Source of the DNA: an uncultured Oscillospiraceae bacterium
GTDB taxonomy: Bacteria; Bacillota; Clostridia; Oscillospirales; Oscillospiraceae
Reading direction: 5' to 3'
Assembly: GCA_934527315.1 (NCBI GenBank)
Contig: CAKTAK010000004.1
Coordinates: forward strand, 7,109 to 71,108
Length of the DNA stretch: 64,000 nt
Shown: positions 1 through 10,036 of the stretch, one piece after another
Layout: every line of letters starts with the position of its first letter
How positions within the stretch are numbered: the stretch's first letter is position 1
The notes under the pieces: generated by a model
The model's input: only the letters and a program-made list of their open reading frames with translations
Told to the model about the DNA's origin: nothing
Databases searched by the model: none
Made by a program: the position numbers and the translations under genes

Positions 1-921
1 AGCGGGCAGGTGCGGATTCTTGGAGTAGTAACGGGTCAGCACGGTTTCTTCCTCTTCCATGCCCCATTCCGCCACGTTGTAAGCCATTTCGCTGCTGCCA
101 AACGCGCCGCTCTTCCGGCGGAGGTTGGTCATGTGGTCCACGTCCACCTCGGAAATTGCCAGTGCGCCGGCCTCTTCTTTGCGGTCCAGAATCACGCCGT
201 TTTCCGCCACCATGCACAGACCGGTGAACACGTTATCCGTGGTGGATTCGCCGGTGCCGGGCGCTGCCATAATCATACCGGCCAGCAGATGCTTGGAACG
301 GTACTTGATATCCAGCTCCGCCTCCTGGGTGGAGGTCACGGTTGCAGGGAAAGATGCCATCTGGGCAATCAGCGTTGCGCCGTCAATGGCCTGATTGACG
401 CTCATGGGCACCAGCTCGTTCATGTCGTTGCCCACTTCCACAGCCACGGTCAAGTCGCTGTTCACATTGCTGGGGAACACCACATCGTTGGTCAGCCATG
501 TTTCGTACCGGCCGCCGACAACAATGTCCACGGGCTCATCGTCCGGGCAGCTGAACGGCGTTCCGTTCACTTCCGTGCGGGGCACCATGGCGATGACGTC
601 GCCGTTGTACACTGCCGCTGCGCAGCTGTACAGCTGGCCGCCCAGTGCGTAGGGCAGGCCCACGAACACCAGCATATCCAGCTCTTCCGTAGCCTCTACC
701 ACCTTGCACAGTGCGTCCTCGCTGGCATTCAGCAGATTGCGCATGCCAATCAAGTCATAGCAGGTCACGCCGGTCAGCGTCAGTTCCGGGAATACCAGAA
801 CCTTTACGCCCTTTTCCTTGGCCGTCTGAATGGTTTCAATCACACGGTCGGCATTGTAATCCGGGTCAGCGACGCGAATTACAGGAGATGCCGCAGCAAC
901 TTTTACAAATCCGTCTTTCAT
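1..921 (-). CDS. nadE: Glutamine-dependent NAD+ synthetase, N-terminal carbon-nitrogen hydrolase domain; the 3' part of the gene lies off-window
   Basis: Reverse-strand translation from the ATG at 919-921 gives MKDGFVKVAAASPVIRVADPDYNADR..., an open frame to the window edge. An AGGTG ribosome-binding site lies upstream. The ORF track omits it because the frame is open-ended. Confidence 0.75.
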   Translation of the reverse strand, partial: MKDGFVKVAAASPVIRVADPDYNADRVIETIQTAKEKGVKVLVFPELTLTGVTCYDLIGMRNLLNASEDALCKVVEATEELDMLVFVGLPYALGGQLYSCAAAVYNGDVIAMVPRTEVNGTPFSCPDDEPVDIVVGGRYETWLTNDVVFPSNVNSDLTVAVEVGNDMNELVPMSVNQAIDGATLIAQMASFPATVTSTQEAELDIKYRSKHLLAGMIMAAPGTGESTTDNVFTGLCMVAENGVILDRKEEAGALAISEVDVDHMTNLRRKSGAFGSSEMAYNVAEWGMEEEETVLTRYYSKNPHLPA

Positions 922-947
922 TTCAACACCTGATTTTCTATATTTTT

Positions 948-1313
948 TTAGTCTTCCACAAACTCAAATAATGTCTGCCCATAATATTGCAGAATGGCCG
1001 CCCGAGAGCTGATAAAGTTGTCCCGGTCAATGCGAATTTTCAACACGCCCTCTGCCACCTCGCTGCCCTCAATGCCGTCCAGCTCCGGAAACACGTTGGT
1101 TTCCAATTCCGTCTGCAATTCAGTTAGGTGTTGGGCATAGTATGCGTCGGTTTCCGGCGGTGCATACCCGTCGATTTTCTTCGGTCCCGATGTAAACATC
1201 TGCGCCATGCACAGCACCGTCAGCACCAACACCAGAATACAGCCGCCGGGTTTCAGCCGTTGGGCCCACTCTTTTCCGGGATTGATTTCCCGCTCATTCT
1301 GTTTCATGGTCAA
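948..1313 (-). CDS. Small hypothetical protein with one N-terminal transmembrane segment
   Basis: 121 aa ORF. A GAGGAAAAA ribosome-binding site precedes the ATG. A hydrophobic stretch CILVLVLTVLCMAQMF is present. Confidence 0.5.
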   Translation of the reverse strand: MTMKQNEREINPGKEWAQRLKPGGCILVLVLTVLCMAQMFTSGPKKIDGYAPPETDAYYAQHLTELQTELETNVFPELDGIEGSEVAEGVLKIRIDRDNFISSRAAILQYYGQTLFEFVED

Positions 1314-3174
1314 AATTTTTCCTCACAGCGTATTGTGCAATGCGGAGATTCCGCAGCGCCTGAGCACCGGTTTCCGACAGCTCCTCAGCCGATTTTACCG
1401 TTCCGTTTTCCACATAAAACCCGTTGCTGTTGACAATGGGCAGGGTCTGCCGGATTTCCTCCGTCAGCTGCATGTACGCATTGCCCTTCCAGCCTAACTG
1501 CCGAAACAGCTCGTTCATCAGATAATTGGAACTCAAATCCGGGCCCTCGCCCCGGAAATCGTTGCCCAACACCTGCTTTGCCGCCTCGTTGGCCCACATC
1601 ACATAGCGGGTGGAATAGTAATTGTAAAATCCTTCCTCGGTTTGCGTATCCAGATTCACTCCCAAATCCGTATACACGCAGCCCGAATCGCCCAGCCAAG
1701 GATTGTGGTCGCCCCAGAACACCACCACCACGGGTGTTTCGTCATACCGCAGGGCATTCAGAAACTCCAGCATTCGGTTGCCCGTATCCCGCACGGAGCC
1801 CAGATAGTTGTTCATGACGTTGTAATCGTAGTCACTCACATTTTCATAATATCCCGTGGGGTCCAAAGCGCCGCCGCCCCATTCCACAGCATCAGTGGTA
1901 TAGGGTCCGTGTCCTTGATAGGTAATGTTGAAGTCAAACACCGGCTGCCCCTCTGCCGCAGCCTCTTGATACAGCCGCAGCATTTCCGGCAAAGCCACTT
2001 GGTCGTACGCAATTGCACCGCCGGTCAATTCCGCATAGTGGTCATTTAGGAACAAATATTCTTCAAATCCCAACCACGGCATAATATTCCGCCGATTGTA
2101 AAACCATTCGTAGCAGGGGTGGCTGCCGGTGGTCCGATAGCCTTGGTCCCGGAGATACCAAACATAAGAGTTGGTATTTTTCCGAAAATCCCGGAGCTGA
2201 TAGTACCCTGTGAGGGCGCAGCGCTCCGAATCAATGGTGCCCCCGGCAAAAATATTGGTAACCAGATTGCCGGTATAGCTTTCCGCCTCAATCTGATGAT
2301 ACGCAGCGTACACATCGCTGCTGATGCCCTTGATGCCCAGATTGGTGAAATCGTTGAACGCCTCCAACTGGAATCCGATGATGTTCACTTTCTTGTCCGC
2401 CGGAATTTCTTCATCGGTATACTGACTGAGCAGCTCCTCCGCCGCTTTGTGGGAATATCCCTCCGGGGGCGTATCCACCGCCGCGGAAATGCTGTGGAGA
2501 AACGGGTACACAAATCCCCGGGAAATCATGCTCTGGGTGGCGGACCACTGAACAATATGCTCGTCATTCCGGGCCTTCTGCTCATAAATGGTATTGTTGC
2601 TGTAAACACAGCTCCAAAGGGGCCAAATGCTCAAAAGCACCGCCGCCGCACCGGCCAAACGCACCGGACGTCCCGGTTTTCCGCGCACCAGAAGTCGGAG
2701 AAACACCGTTCCCAAAACCACACATGCCAGCAGAAACCACAGACGCTTGTCCATGCTCAAATCATAATTTCCTGCCACGCCCATGGCCGTTGTAATACTG
2801 GAAAAATCCGCAGCCACAAAGGGGTCGTCCCGAAACAGGAGCTTGAAATAGCTGCCGATACTGGCCGACAGCACCAAAACCGCCGTCAGCAGAAAGCCGA
2901 CCCACGGCCGTCCGGTGAGAAACCAGAAGAAAAATACCAGCAACACGCAGGGCAGGATATTCAGAAATGCAATCAGCGGGTGGTTAAAATATCCAAGGAA
3001 TACGTCCCAGCTGTAATTGCCGTATGCCAGCGTTAAGCTCACCAGTCCGATGCCGATGCCGGCACACAGCAAAATCACCACATTCCAAAGCCAATACAAA
3101 ACCGGGTTCCGGGAGGAAAGGTTCTTCCCGGAATCCGTCTGTACCGCCGTTTGTTCTTCAAAGAGTTTATTCAA
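1294..3174 (-). CDS. LTA synthase family protein (LtaS-like phosphoglycerol transferase / sulfatase fold) with an N-terminal multi-TM domain
   Basis: 626 aa. N-terminal 5-TM region followed by an extracytoplasmic sulfatase-like domain (WGDHNPWLG..), typical LtaS architecture. Confidence 0.75.
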   Translation of the reverse strand: MNKLFEEQTAVQTDSGKNLSSRNPVLYWLWNVVILLCAGIGIGLVSLTLAYGNYSWDVFLGYFNHPLIAFLNILPCVLLVFFFWFLTGRPWVGFLLTAVLVLSASIGSYFKLLFRDDPFVAADFSSITTAMGVAGNYDLSMDKRLWFLLACVVLGTVFLRLLVRGKPGRPVRLAGAAAVLLSIWPLWSCVYSNNTIYEQKARNDEHIVQWSATQSMISRGFVYPFLHSISAAVDTPPEGYSHKAAEELLSQYTDEEIPADKKVNIIGFQLEAFNDFTNLGIKGISSDVYAAYHQIEAESYTGNLVTNIFAGGTIDSERCALTGYYQLRDFRKNTNSYVWYLRDQGYRTTGSHPCYEWFYNRRNIMPWLGFEEYLFLNDHYAELTGGAIAYDQVALPEMLRLYQEAAAEGQPVFDFNITYQGHGPYTTDAVEWGGGALDPTGYYENVSDYDYNVMNNYLGSVRDTGNRMLEFLNALRYDETPVVVVFWGDHNPWLGDSGCVYTDLGVNLDTQTEEGFYNYYSTRYVMWANEAAKQVLGNDFRGEGPDLSSNYLMNELFRQLGWKGNAYMQLTEEIRQTLPIVNSNGFYVENGTVKSAEELSETGAQALRNLRIAQYAVRKNFDHETE

Positions 3175-3210
3175 AAGGGGTTGCCTCGCTAAGGATAAAA
3201 TAAGTAAAAA

Positions 3211-4632
3211 TCAGAAATCGATTTTCTCGTTGATGAAGTTGACCAGCTGGTCGATGGGCACACGCACCTGCTCCATGGTATCCCGGTCGCGAATGGTCAC
3301 GCAGTTGTCTGCCTCGATGCCCTTTTCGGGATCGCCCACGGTGTCAAAGTCCACGGTGATGCACAGAGGGGTGCCGATTTCGTCCTGACGGCGATAGCGC
3401 TTGCCGATGGAGCCTGCCTCGTCATAGTCCACCATGAAGTACTTGCTCAGCTGATTGCGAATCTCCATTGCCTTGCCGCCCAGCTTTTTGCTCAGAGGCA
3501 GCACGGCAGCCTTGAAGGGTGCCAGAGCCGGGTGCAGATGCAGCACGGTGCGCACGTCTTCCTTGCCGTTGGAATCGGTCAGATGCTCCTCGTCATAAGC
3601 CTCGCACAGGAAGGCCAGCGCCACGCGGTCGCAGCCCAGAGAAGGCTCGATGACGTAGGGAATGTAATGCTCGTTCTTCTCCTGATCGTAATAGGTCAGA
3701 TCCTTGCCGGAGGCCTCCTGATGACGGCCCAGATCGTAATCGGTACGGTCTGCAATGCCCCACAACTCACCCCAGTCGGTGAACGGGAATGCATATTCAA
3801 TATCGGTGGTTGCGCGGGAGTAGAATGCCAGCTCTGCGGGCTCATGGTCGCGCAGACGCAGGTTCTCTGCCTTGATGCCCAGATTCAGCAGCCAGTTAAA
3901 GCAGAAGTCTTTCCAGTATGCAAACCACTCCAAATCGGTGCCCGGCTGGCAGAAGAATTCGCATTCCATCTGCTCGAACTCACGGGTACGGAAGGTGAAG
4001 TTGCCCGGGGTAATCTCATTCCGGAATGCCTTGCCCACCTGGCACACGCCGAAGGGCAGCTTTTTCCGGGTAGTGCGCTGGATATTTGCAAAGTTCACGA
4101 AAATACCCTGTGCGGTTTCCGGACGGAGATACACGTCGGAGGAAGAGTCCTCGGTGACGCCCATCTTGGTCTTGAACATCAGATTGAATTTCCGAATGGG
4201 CGTAAAGTCATGCTTGCCGCAAACGGGGCAGACAACGTCCTCATGCTCGGCAATGAATGCGTCCATCTCGTCAAAGTTCATGGCGTCCACATTCACTTCC
4301 GGGTGCTCCTGACCAATCAGCTTATCGGCGCGGTGACGAGCCTTGCATGCCTTGCAGTCCAGCAGAGGGTCGGAAAAGCTGGAAACGTGGCCGGTGGTGA
4401 CCCAAGTCTGGGGGTTCATGATGATTGCTGCGTCCAGACCCACGTTGTAGGGGGATTCCTGCACGAACTTCTTCATCCATGCCTTTTTCACATTGTTTTT
4501 GAATTCAACGCCCAGAGGACCGTAATCCCAGCTGTTTGCCAATCCGCCGTAAATCTCGCTGCCGGCATAAATAAAGCCGCGGTTCTTGCAGAGGTTCACG
4601 ATCATGTCCAGGGTTTTCTCAGAATTTTTCAT
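3211..4632 (-). CDS. glyQS: Glycine--tRNA ligase (alpha2 dimeric type)
   Basis: 474 aa from [47 protein letters not shown] ribosome-binding site lies 7 nt upstream of the ATG at 4632. Class II aaRS motifs are present. Confidence 0.9.
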   Translation of the reverse strand: MKNSEKTLDMIVNLCKNRGFIYAGSEIYGGLANSWDYGPLGVEFKNNVKKAWMKKFVQESPYNVGLDAAIIMNPQTWVTTGHVSSFSDPLLDCKACKARHRADKLIGQEHPEVNVDAMNFDEMDAFIAEHEDVVCPVCGKHDFTPIRKFNLMFKTKMGVTEDSSSDVYLRPETAQGIFVNFANIQRTTRKKLPFGVCQVGKAFRNEITPGNFTFRTREFEQMECEFFCQPGTDLEWFAYWKDFCFNWLLNLGIKAENLRLRDHEPAELAFYSRATTDIEYAFPFTDWGELWGIADRTDYDLGRHQEASGKDLTYYDQEKNEHYIPYVIEPSLGCDRVALAFLCEAYDEEHLTDSNGKEDVRTVLHLHPALAPFKAAVLPLSKKLGGKAMEIRNQLSKYFMVDYDEAGSIGKRYRRQDEIGTPLCITVDFDTVGDPEKGIEADNCVTIRDRDTMEQVRVPIDQLVNFINEKIDF

Positions 4633-4853
4633 AAATTTCCTCCAAACTCCGCCGATGGCTTCGGCGGGTTCATTTAGCAATATGCCACTGCATAAAATAC
4701 CACATTTTTCACCTTATTACAATAATAATTGCCCGTTAAATCCCAAATTAGCATCAATTTCCAAACTGTTCATAACTTCCCCGTAGCCAGACGGGAATTT
4801 TTATGATACAATACAGCTACCCAAATCCAAAATACTTGAGGAGGATTCACGCA

Positions 4854-5252
4854 ATGGAAATCCCTGTTGGAGCAAAAGGCCGCGTTGACGGCATCGTAAC
4901 GGATCAGCTGACCGCAGCCGCCGTCGGTTCCGGCTCCGTGGAAGTTTTTGCCACCCCCTATATGGTCGCAGCAATGGAAAACGCTGCCTGCGAAGCCATT
5001 CGCCCTTACTACGGCGAAGGCGAAAACAGCGTCGGCACCAAGCTGGAAATCACCCATGACGCCGCCACCCCGGTGGGTATGAAATACTGGGCAGAGGCTG
5101 AAGTAACCGAGGTCGACCGCCGCCGTATCGTTCTGAAAGTGACCGCTTATGACGAAACCGGCATCATCGGCTCCGGCACCCACGAACGTTTCATCATTCA
5201 GATGGAGAAGTTCCTGGCAAAGGCAGAGGCCAAAAAAGCACTGGTAAAATAA
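4854..5252 (+). CDS. Hotdog-fold thioesterase family protein
   Basis: 133 aa MEIPVGAKGRVDGIVTDQLTAAAVGSGSVEVFATPYMVAAMENA.., resembling PaaI/FlK-like thioesterases. A GAGGAGG ribosome-binding site is present. Confidence 0.65.
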   Translation: MEIPVGAKGRVDGIVTDQLTAAAVGSGSVEVFATPYMVAAMENAACEAIRPYYGEGENSVGTKLEITHDAATPVGMKYWAEAEVTEVDRRRIVLKVTAYDETGIIGSGTHERFIIQMEKFLAKAEAKKALVK

Positions 5253-5264
5253 TCCGAAATGGGG

Positions 5265-5290
5265 AAAAAGCGGGCAATGCCCGCTTTTTC
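5265..5290 (+). terminator. Rho-independent terminator after the thioesterase gene
   Basis: Hairpin GCGGGC-aat-GCCCGC followed by TTTTT. Confidence 0.7.
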
Positions 5291-5361
5291 TGCTATTGCG
5301 GAATCGAACATATCAACATAAAAAGAATCCCATTCTGCCTTTCGGCAGGTAAGGAGGCAAC

Positions 5362-7293
5362 ATGAACGAATTTTTGAAAGACAAAAAACGTCTGCTGATG
5401 GCAGGCGGCGCGGTGTTACTGGTGGTGATTGCCGTCATTCTGGTGTTCTCTCTCCGGTCTCACAACCGCACGGTGCAGTATCAGAATTACCGCACCTCCG
5501 CAGAAACCTGCGTGGAAAACGGCGATTACGACAAGGCCGTGCGTTATCTGGAGCGCGCTTATGACGTAAAGGACACAGACGAGTGCGCCATTGCTCTGGC
5601 CAATGCCTACGTGCTGGCCGGACAAACGGACAAAGCCGAGGAGCTGCTGTGGGCGCAGATGGAGCGCAAGGGCAGCGATACCGCCAAACTGAAACAGGCT
5701 TTGGCGTCTTTGGGCGTGGAGGACGAAATTCCCACCAAGGGCGTGGAAATCGCCGGAAAGCTCTATGACGAAACCGCCTCTTCTCTGGTCATTACCGACA
5801 CCAAGCTGTCCAAAGACGATTTGGACCAGCTGGAAAATTTCGAATCCCTCACCGCACTGACGCTGAAAAACTGCGGCATTGACGATTTGGCATTTCTGAA
5901 GCATTGCGGCAGTCTGACCAGTCTGACCCTTTCCGACAACGGTATCGAAGACCTGAGCAGCCTGAAACATCTTACCGATTTGCGGACGCTGTATCTGGAC
6001 AACAACCCCATTGAGGATTTCAGCCCGCTGTACAAGCTGAAACACCTGACCACTCTGAGCATCAAGAAAATCGAGCTGACCCAGACCCAGTATGACGAGC
6101 TGTCCAAAAAGCTGGAGGACTGCAAGATTTTCAGCGATGACACCGTAGCGGAGGAATTGGAGCTGGGCGGCGTGAAATTCGATACCGATGTTACGGAACT
6201 GGACCTGACCAACAAGCACATTCGGGATATTTCCGTACTGGCAAAATGCACGCAGCTGCAATCTCTGAATCTGAAAGGCAATGAGGTTTCCGATTTGAGT
6301 CCTCTGGAGCATCTGAATAACCTCACTTGGCTGTGCCTGTGGGACAACGAAGTTTCCGATTTGAGCCCGCTGAGCAGTCTGACGCAGCTGACCTATCTGG
6401 ATTTGGAAGACAACAAATTTTCCAGTATTCGGGAACTGTCCTCTCTGAACAGTCTGACGGAACTGTCCATTGACGACAACAACCTGACCAGTTTCTCCAC
6501 GCTGTCCAGTTTCGGCAATCTCCGCAAGCTGAGCGTCCGGAATACCGGTCTGACCGACAACGATCTGAATCAGCTGAAACTGTCCACCCTCACCGATTTG
6601 GACATCAGCAACAACAGTGCTCTCACCGGCGCCGGTGTAAAAAAACTGAAGGATTCCATGCACAAGTGCAATATCATCCACGATGATTTGACCATCAACG
6701 TCACCCTGGGCAACAAAACCTTCTCCGCCGACGCGCAGATTGTGGATGCCTCCAACAGCAATGTGACGGATTTGAGCAATCTGGACCAGTTCACGGCAGT
6801 CACCTCTCTGATGCTGAACAACAACAGCATTTCCGACTTCTCTCCCCTGAGCAATCAGACCAATCTGAATGTTCTGGAGCTGCAGAGCACCGGTCTGTCC
6901 GATTTGACGTTCTTAGCCGGTCACAAAAAGCTGACCAATCTGAATCTGGCCAACAACAATCTGAAGGACGTCTATTCTCTGTCCAGCTGCACCGGTCTGA
7001 CGGAGCTGCTGCTGAACAACAACACGGCGCTGAAAGATGTTGCACCTTTGGCTTACTGCAGCAAGCTGCGGGACCTGTATCTGGACAACACCGGCGTCAC
7101 CGATGTGTCCGCGCTGAGCAAGCTGACCAAGTTGGAAAACCTCTATTTGGACAACTGCAAACTGGCAGACCCCACGCACCTGCATAGCCTGACCAGCCTG
7201 AAAACCCTGTCCATCATCGGCTGCGGTTTCACCGATGAGCAGGTGGCGGAAATCAAAGCCGCCCTGCCCAACTGTGCGGTGTATGCGGGATAA
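5362..7293 (+). CDS. Membrane-anchored leucine-rich-repeat (internalin-like) protein
   Basis: 643 aa. N-terminal transmembrane helix, a TPR-like segment, then about 17 consecutive 22-residue LRRs of the form LxxLxxLxxLxLxxNxIxDxSxLx. Confidence 0.8.
   Translation: MNEFLKDKKRLLMAGGAVLLVVIAVILVFSLRSHNRTVQYQNYRTSAETCVENGDYDKAVRYLERAYDVKDTDECAIALANAYVLAGQTDKAEELLWAQMERKGSDTAKLKQALASLGVEDEIPTKGVEIAGKLYDETASSLVITDTKLSKDDLDQLENFESLTALTLKNCGIDDLAFLKHCGSLTSLTLSDNGIEDLSSLKHLTDLRTLYLDNNPIEDFSPLYKLKHLTTLSIKKIELTQTQYDELSKKLEDCKIFSDDTVAEELELGGVKFDTDVTELDLTNKHIRDISVLAKCTQLQSLNLKGNEVSDLSPLEHLNNLTWLCLWDNEVSDLSPLSSLTQLTYLDLEDNKFSSIRELSSLNSLTELSIDDNNLTSFSTLSSFGNLRKLSVRNTGLTDNDLNQLKLSTLTDLDISNNSALTGAGVKKLKDSMHKCNIIHDDLTINVTLGNKTFSADAQIVDASNSNVTDLSNLDQFTAVTSLMLNNNSISDFSPLSNQTNLNVLELQSTGLSDLTFLAGHKKLTNLNLANNNLKDVYSLSSCTGLTELLLNNNTALKDVAPLAYCSKLRDLYLDNTGVTDVSALSKLTKLENLYLDNCKLADPTHLHSLTSLKTLSIIGCGFTDEQVAEIKAALPNCAVYAG
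5840..7230 (+). repeat. Tandem 66-nt coding repeats encoding the LRR units
   Basis: Recurrent near-identical stretches, e.g. gaggtttccgatttgagtcctctggagc at about 6284 and gaagtttccgatttgagcccgctgagc at about 6348. Confidence 0.55.
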
Positions 7294-7358
7294 ATCGGCT
7301 GTCTCAAAGGTCCCAAACATGTGATTCAGAATTTTTTGGATAAAATTCATAAATAACA

Positions 7359-7387
7359 CTTCCATTTTCAAAATATCGTGTTATAAT
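7359..7387 (+). promoter_or_regulatory. Putative extended -10 sigma-A promoter for hpf
   Basis: TGtTATAAT at 7379-7387 with a weak -35 CTTCCA. Confidence 0.4.
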
Positions 7388-7431
7388 ATAGACAAGGATT
7401 TTTCCTTAGTCAACAAAAGGAGCTGATCATT

Positions 7432-7965
7432 ATGAAGTTTACGTTCACAGAGAAAAGAATCGACGCTACCCCCGCCATGAAGGAATATGCCGAGAAGAAG
7501 ATTTCCAAAATCGACAAGTACTTCAAAACGGAAAGCGAAGCTTTTGTGACGTTCAGCACCGAGCGCGGTCGGTACATCGCTGAAGTGACGATTAAGAACA
7601 ACGGTATGTTCTATCGCGTCAAAGAAACCACCGGCGATATGTGCGCTTCCATTGATTCGGCTGTGGCCACCATCGAGCGGCAGATCCGCAAGAACAAAAC
7701 CCGTCTGGAAAAACGTCTGCGGACCGACGCTTTCGAGCGTGTTGTGGTTCCCATGGTCGATGACGAGCCGGAAGAGGAATTCAAAGTTGTCAGGAACAAA
7801 CGTTTCAGCATCCAGCCCATGGGTGTGCAGGAAGCAATTTTGCAGATGAATCTGTTGGAGCATGAATTCTTCGCATTCCGCAATGCCGACGAAGGCGATG
7901 CATTTGCAGTGGTCTACAAACGGAATGACGGCGGATACGGCCTCATTCTGGACTCAAAAGACTAA
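7432..7965 (+). CDS. hpf: Ribosome hibernation promoting factor (long form)
   Basis: 177 aa MKFTFTEKRIDATPAMKEYAEKKISKIDKYF... with a C-terminal dimerisation domain. Confidence 0.9.
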   Translation: MKFTFTEKRIDATPAMKEYAEKKISKIDKYFKTESEAFVTFSTERGRYIAEVTIKNNGMFYRVKETTGDMCASIDSAVATIERQIRKNKTRLEKRLRTDAFERVVVPMVDDEPEEEFKVVRNKRFSIQPMGVQEAILQMNLLEHEFFAFRNADEGDAFAVVYKRNDGGYGLILDSKD

Positions 7966-7977
7966 TATGATAGTTCC

Positions 7978-8009
7978 GCCGGGTACTCCAACGAGTACCC
8001 GGCTTTTTC
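7978..8009 (+). terminator. Rho-independent terminator after hpf
   Basis: GCCGGGTACTC-caac-GAGTACCCGGC followed by TTTTT. Confidence 0.7.
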
Positions 8010-8011
8010 TG

Positions 8012-8040
8012 TTGTCAGCCGGGCGATTTCATGGTACAAT
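8012..8040 (+). promoter_or_regulatory. Putative sigma-A promoter for prmA
   Basis: TTGTCA-N17-TACAAT. Confidence 0.5.
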
Positions 8041-8077
8041 GTCTGCACAGAACCGAATAAAAATGGAGGAATCATTG

Positions 8078-8995
8078 ATGCGCTGGATTGAAGTAACCGT
8101 CAACTGCACCGGTGACCCGGATTTGATGTGCGCCGACCTGGCTGAGCTGGGCGTGGGCGGCATGATTGTGGAAGACGAGCAGGATTTTGAAAATTTCTTG
8201 GAAAATAACCACGCCTACTGGGATTATGTGGACGAGGAACTGGAAAATAAATTCAAGGGTGTTTCCCGGGTGAAATTTTATCTGTCCGATGATGAAGAGG
8301 GCAAAGCCCTGCTGAACACCGTGGCAAACTTCCTGGGCAAAATGCCGGAGACCGCCTTTGTGCAGGACAGCGACTGGGAAAACAACTGGAAAGAGTTTTA
8401 CAAACCCATTGAAGTGGGCGAAAAGCTGGTGGTTGTGCCGGAGTGGGAGCCCGTCCCGGAAGACGGCCGGATTCCGCTGAAACTGGACCCGGGCTTGATT
8501 TTCGGCACCGGCAGCCATGCCACCACAAAAATGTGTCTGGCTGCGCTGGAATCCGTGGCAGGTCCCGGAAAAACCGTTCTGGACTTGGGCTGCGGCTCCG
8601 GAATTCTGGGCATCGGCGCGCTGCTGCTGGGCTGCGACCGCTGCGCCGGCTGCGATATTGACCCGAAAGCACCGGAAGTTGCCCTGTCGAATGCCGGTTT
8701 GAACGGCATTACCGCCGAAAAATTCGACATTCGCGCCGGAGACGTACTCTCCGATGCAGGGATGCGGAAAGCTCTGGGCAGCAATTATGACATTGTGACC
8801 GCAAACATTGTCTCCGACGTCATCATTCCCCTGTCCGGTTTCGTCAAGGAATTTTTGAAACCCGGCGGAACGTTCATCACTTCCGGCATTATCGAGGGTC
8901 GTCAGGACGAGGTGCGTCAAGCCATTGAGGACAATGGTTTCACCATTCTGGAGCATCACAACGAGGACGATTGGCATTGCTTTGTCGCCCGGTAA
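8078..8995 (+). CDS. prmA: Ribosomal protein L11 methyltransferase
   Basis: MRWIEVTVNC... with a class I SAM-binding motif LDLGCGSGILGI. A GGAGGA ribosome-binding site is present. The ORF-track start at 7862 is an upstream GTG/ATG that overlaps the hpf terminator. Confidence 0.85.
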   Translation: MRWIEVTVNCTGDPDLMCADLAELGVGGMIVEDEQDFENFLENNHAYWDYVDEELENKFKGVSRVKFYLSDDEEGKALLNTVANFLGKMPETAFVQDSDWENNWKEFYKPIEVGEKLVVVPEWEPVPEDGRIPLKLDPGLIFGTGSHATTKMCLAALESVAGPGKTVLDLGCGSGILGIGALLLGCDRCAGCDIDPKAPEVALSNAGLNGITAEKFDIRAGDVLSDAGMRKALGSNYDIVTANIVSDVIIPLSGFVKEFLKPGGTFITSGIIEGRQDEVRQAIEDNGFTILEHHNEDDWHCFVAR

Positions 8996-9007
8996 GTGAA
9001 ATTGTAT

Positions 9008-9050
9008 AAAAAACAGAACCTGTCACTTCACAATGACAGGTTCTATTTTT
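9008..9050. terminator. Bidirectional intrinsic terminator between the convergent prmA and small membrane-protein genes
   Basis: AGAACCTGTCA-loop-TGACAGGTTCT flanked by an A-run upstream and a T-run downstream. Confidence 0.7.
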
Positions 9051-9273
9051 ATTTCATTCGTTTTTTCAGAAGTGCCATAACAATCAGAATTCCGGCAACC
9101 ACCACAACGGTGAGTACACCGTTCATCAGAATGCCGTAATACCACGGCGCTGATTGCATGGCATACAGTTCCGGGTAAGTCTTGTACTCTTTGAATTCAT
9201 AGCAGCTGTTGCCGATAAAAACACCCACAAAACACCAAATGGCCGTTTTCAGAATCCGATAGACCTTTTCCAT
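9049..9273 (-). CDS. Small hypothetical membrane protein
   Basis: 74 aa with two hydrophobic helices. No recognisable domain. Confidence 0.45.
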   Translation of the reverse strand: MEKVYRILKTAIWCFVGVFIGNSCYEFKEYKTYPELYAMQSAPWYYGILMNGVLTVVVVAGILIVMALLKKRMK

Positions 9274-9292
9274 GGCAGCACCTCCACTTCTT

Positions 9293-10024
9293 TTATATGC
9301 CCAGCCGTTTCACCATATAATCGTGCGCCGCCTGCTCCACGGTGTCGTCCAATGCCGGGAGCACGAACTCCGGATTTTTCCGATGAATGGCCGTGGTCAG
9401 AATGACGTCGGCAAATTCCGGGTTTTTGGGCAGCACCGGACCGTGGCTGTACGTGCCGAATACGTTCAGATACCGCACGCCCTCGCCCTTGTCTTCTCCG
9501 TTGTTGCCGGAGCCGGTGAGCACCTGCCCCAAGGGAGAAACGCCTGCGCCCAGCCATGTTTTGCCGCTGTGGTTTTCAAATCCAACCACCACGCTGCCGC
9601 CGGATTCCGGACCGCAGCGGAAAGCGAAATTGCCAATCATACGTTCTTTTTCGCCCACGGTGGCATAATCAATGGCGCCGATAAAATCGCAGGTTACGCC
9701 GTCCCAAGTGGTATAGCTGCGGCCCAGCATCTGATACCCGCCGCAGATGGTCAGAAAGGTTTTTCCGTCGGCAATGGCGCTTTTGATTTCCGCCGCTTTG
9801 CCCCGATTCAGGTCGCTCAGCAGCACTTCCTGCTCAAAATCCTGCCCGCCGCCGATGAAAAACAAATCATAATCGGCAAAATTCACCGTTTCCCCAATGG
9901 GCACCCGGGTCACTTGGGAGTCAATGCCCCGCCAAGTCAAGCGCTGCTGCAGGCAGCGGATATTGCCGTTGTCGCCGTACAGATTCAGCACGTCCGGATA
10001 CAGATGACAAATTTTCAGTTCCAT
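9293..10024 (-). CDS. gatD: Lipid II isoglutaminyl synthase, glutaminase subunit (CobQ-like glutamine amidotransferase)
   Basis: 243 aa MELKICHLYPDVLNLYGDNGNIRCL.. with a GATase-1 fold. It lies immediately downstream of murT in the conserved pair. Confidence 0.85.
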   Translation of the reverse strand: MELKICHLYPDVLNLYGDNGNIRCLQQRLTWRGIDSQVTRVPIGETVNFADYDLFFIGGGQDFEQEVLLSDLNRGKAAEIKSAIADGKTFLTICGGYQMLGRSYTTWDGVTCDFIGAIDYATVGEKERMIGNFAFRCGPESGGSVVVGFENHSGKTWLGAGVSPLGQVLTGSGNNGEDKGEGVRYLNVFGTYSHGPVLPKNPEFADVILTTAIHRKNPEFVLPALDDTVEQAAHDYMVKRLGI

Positions 10025-10036
10025 GGCTCTGCCTCC

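Noticed and set aside
10-933. 307-aa plus-strand ORF at the window start
   Set aside because: It is antisense to the nadE N-terminal region. The minus-strand frame encodes a clear carbon-nitrogen-hydrolase domain.
4633-4853. Possible T-box riboswitch leader upstream of glyQS (the classic T-box-regulated gene in Firmicutes)
   Set aside because: The leader available between the divergent promoters is only about 60-170 nt. It lacks the conserved T-box sequence (AAUUAGGGUGGUACCGCG) and a GGC specifier loop. Only a plain hairpin precedes the ribosome-binding site. It is likely an ordinary 5' UTR.
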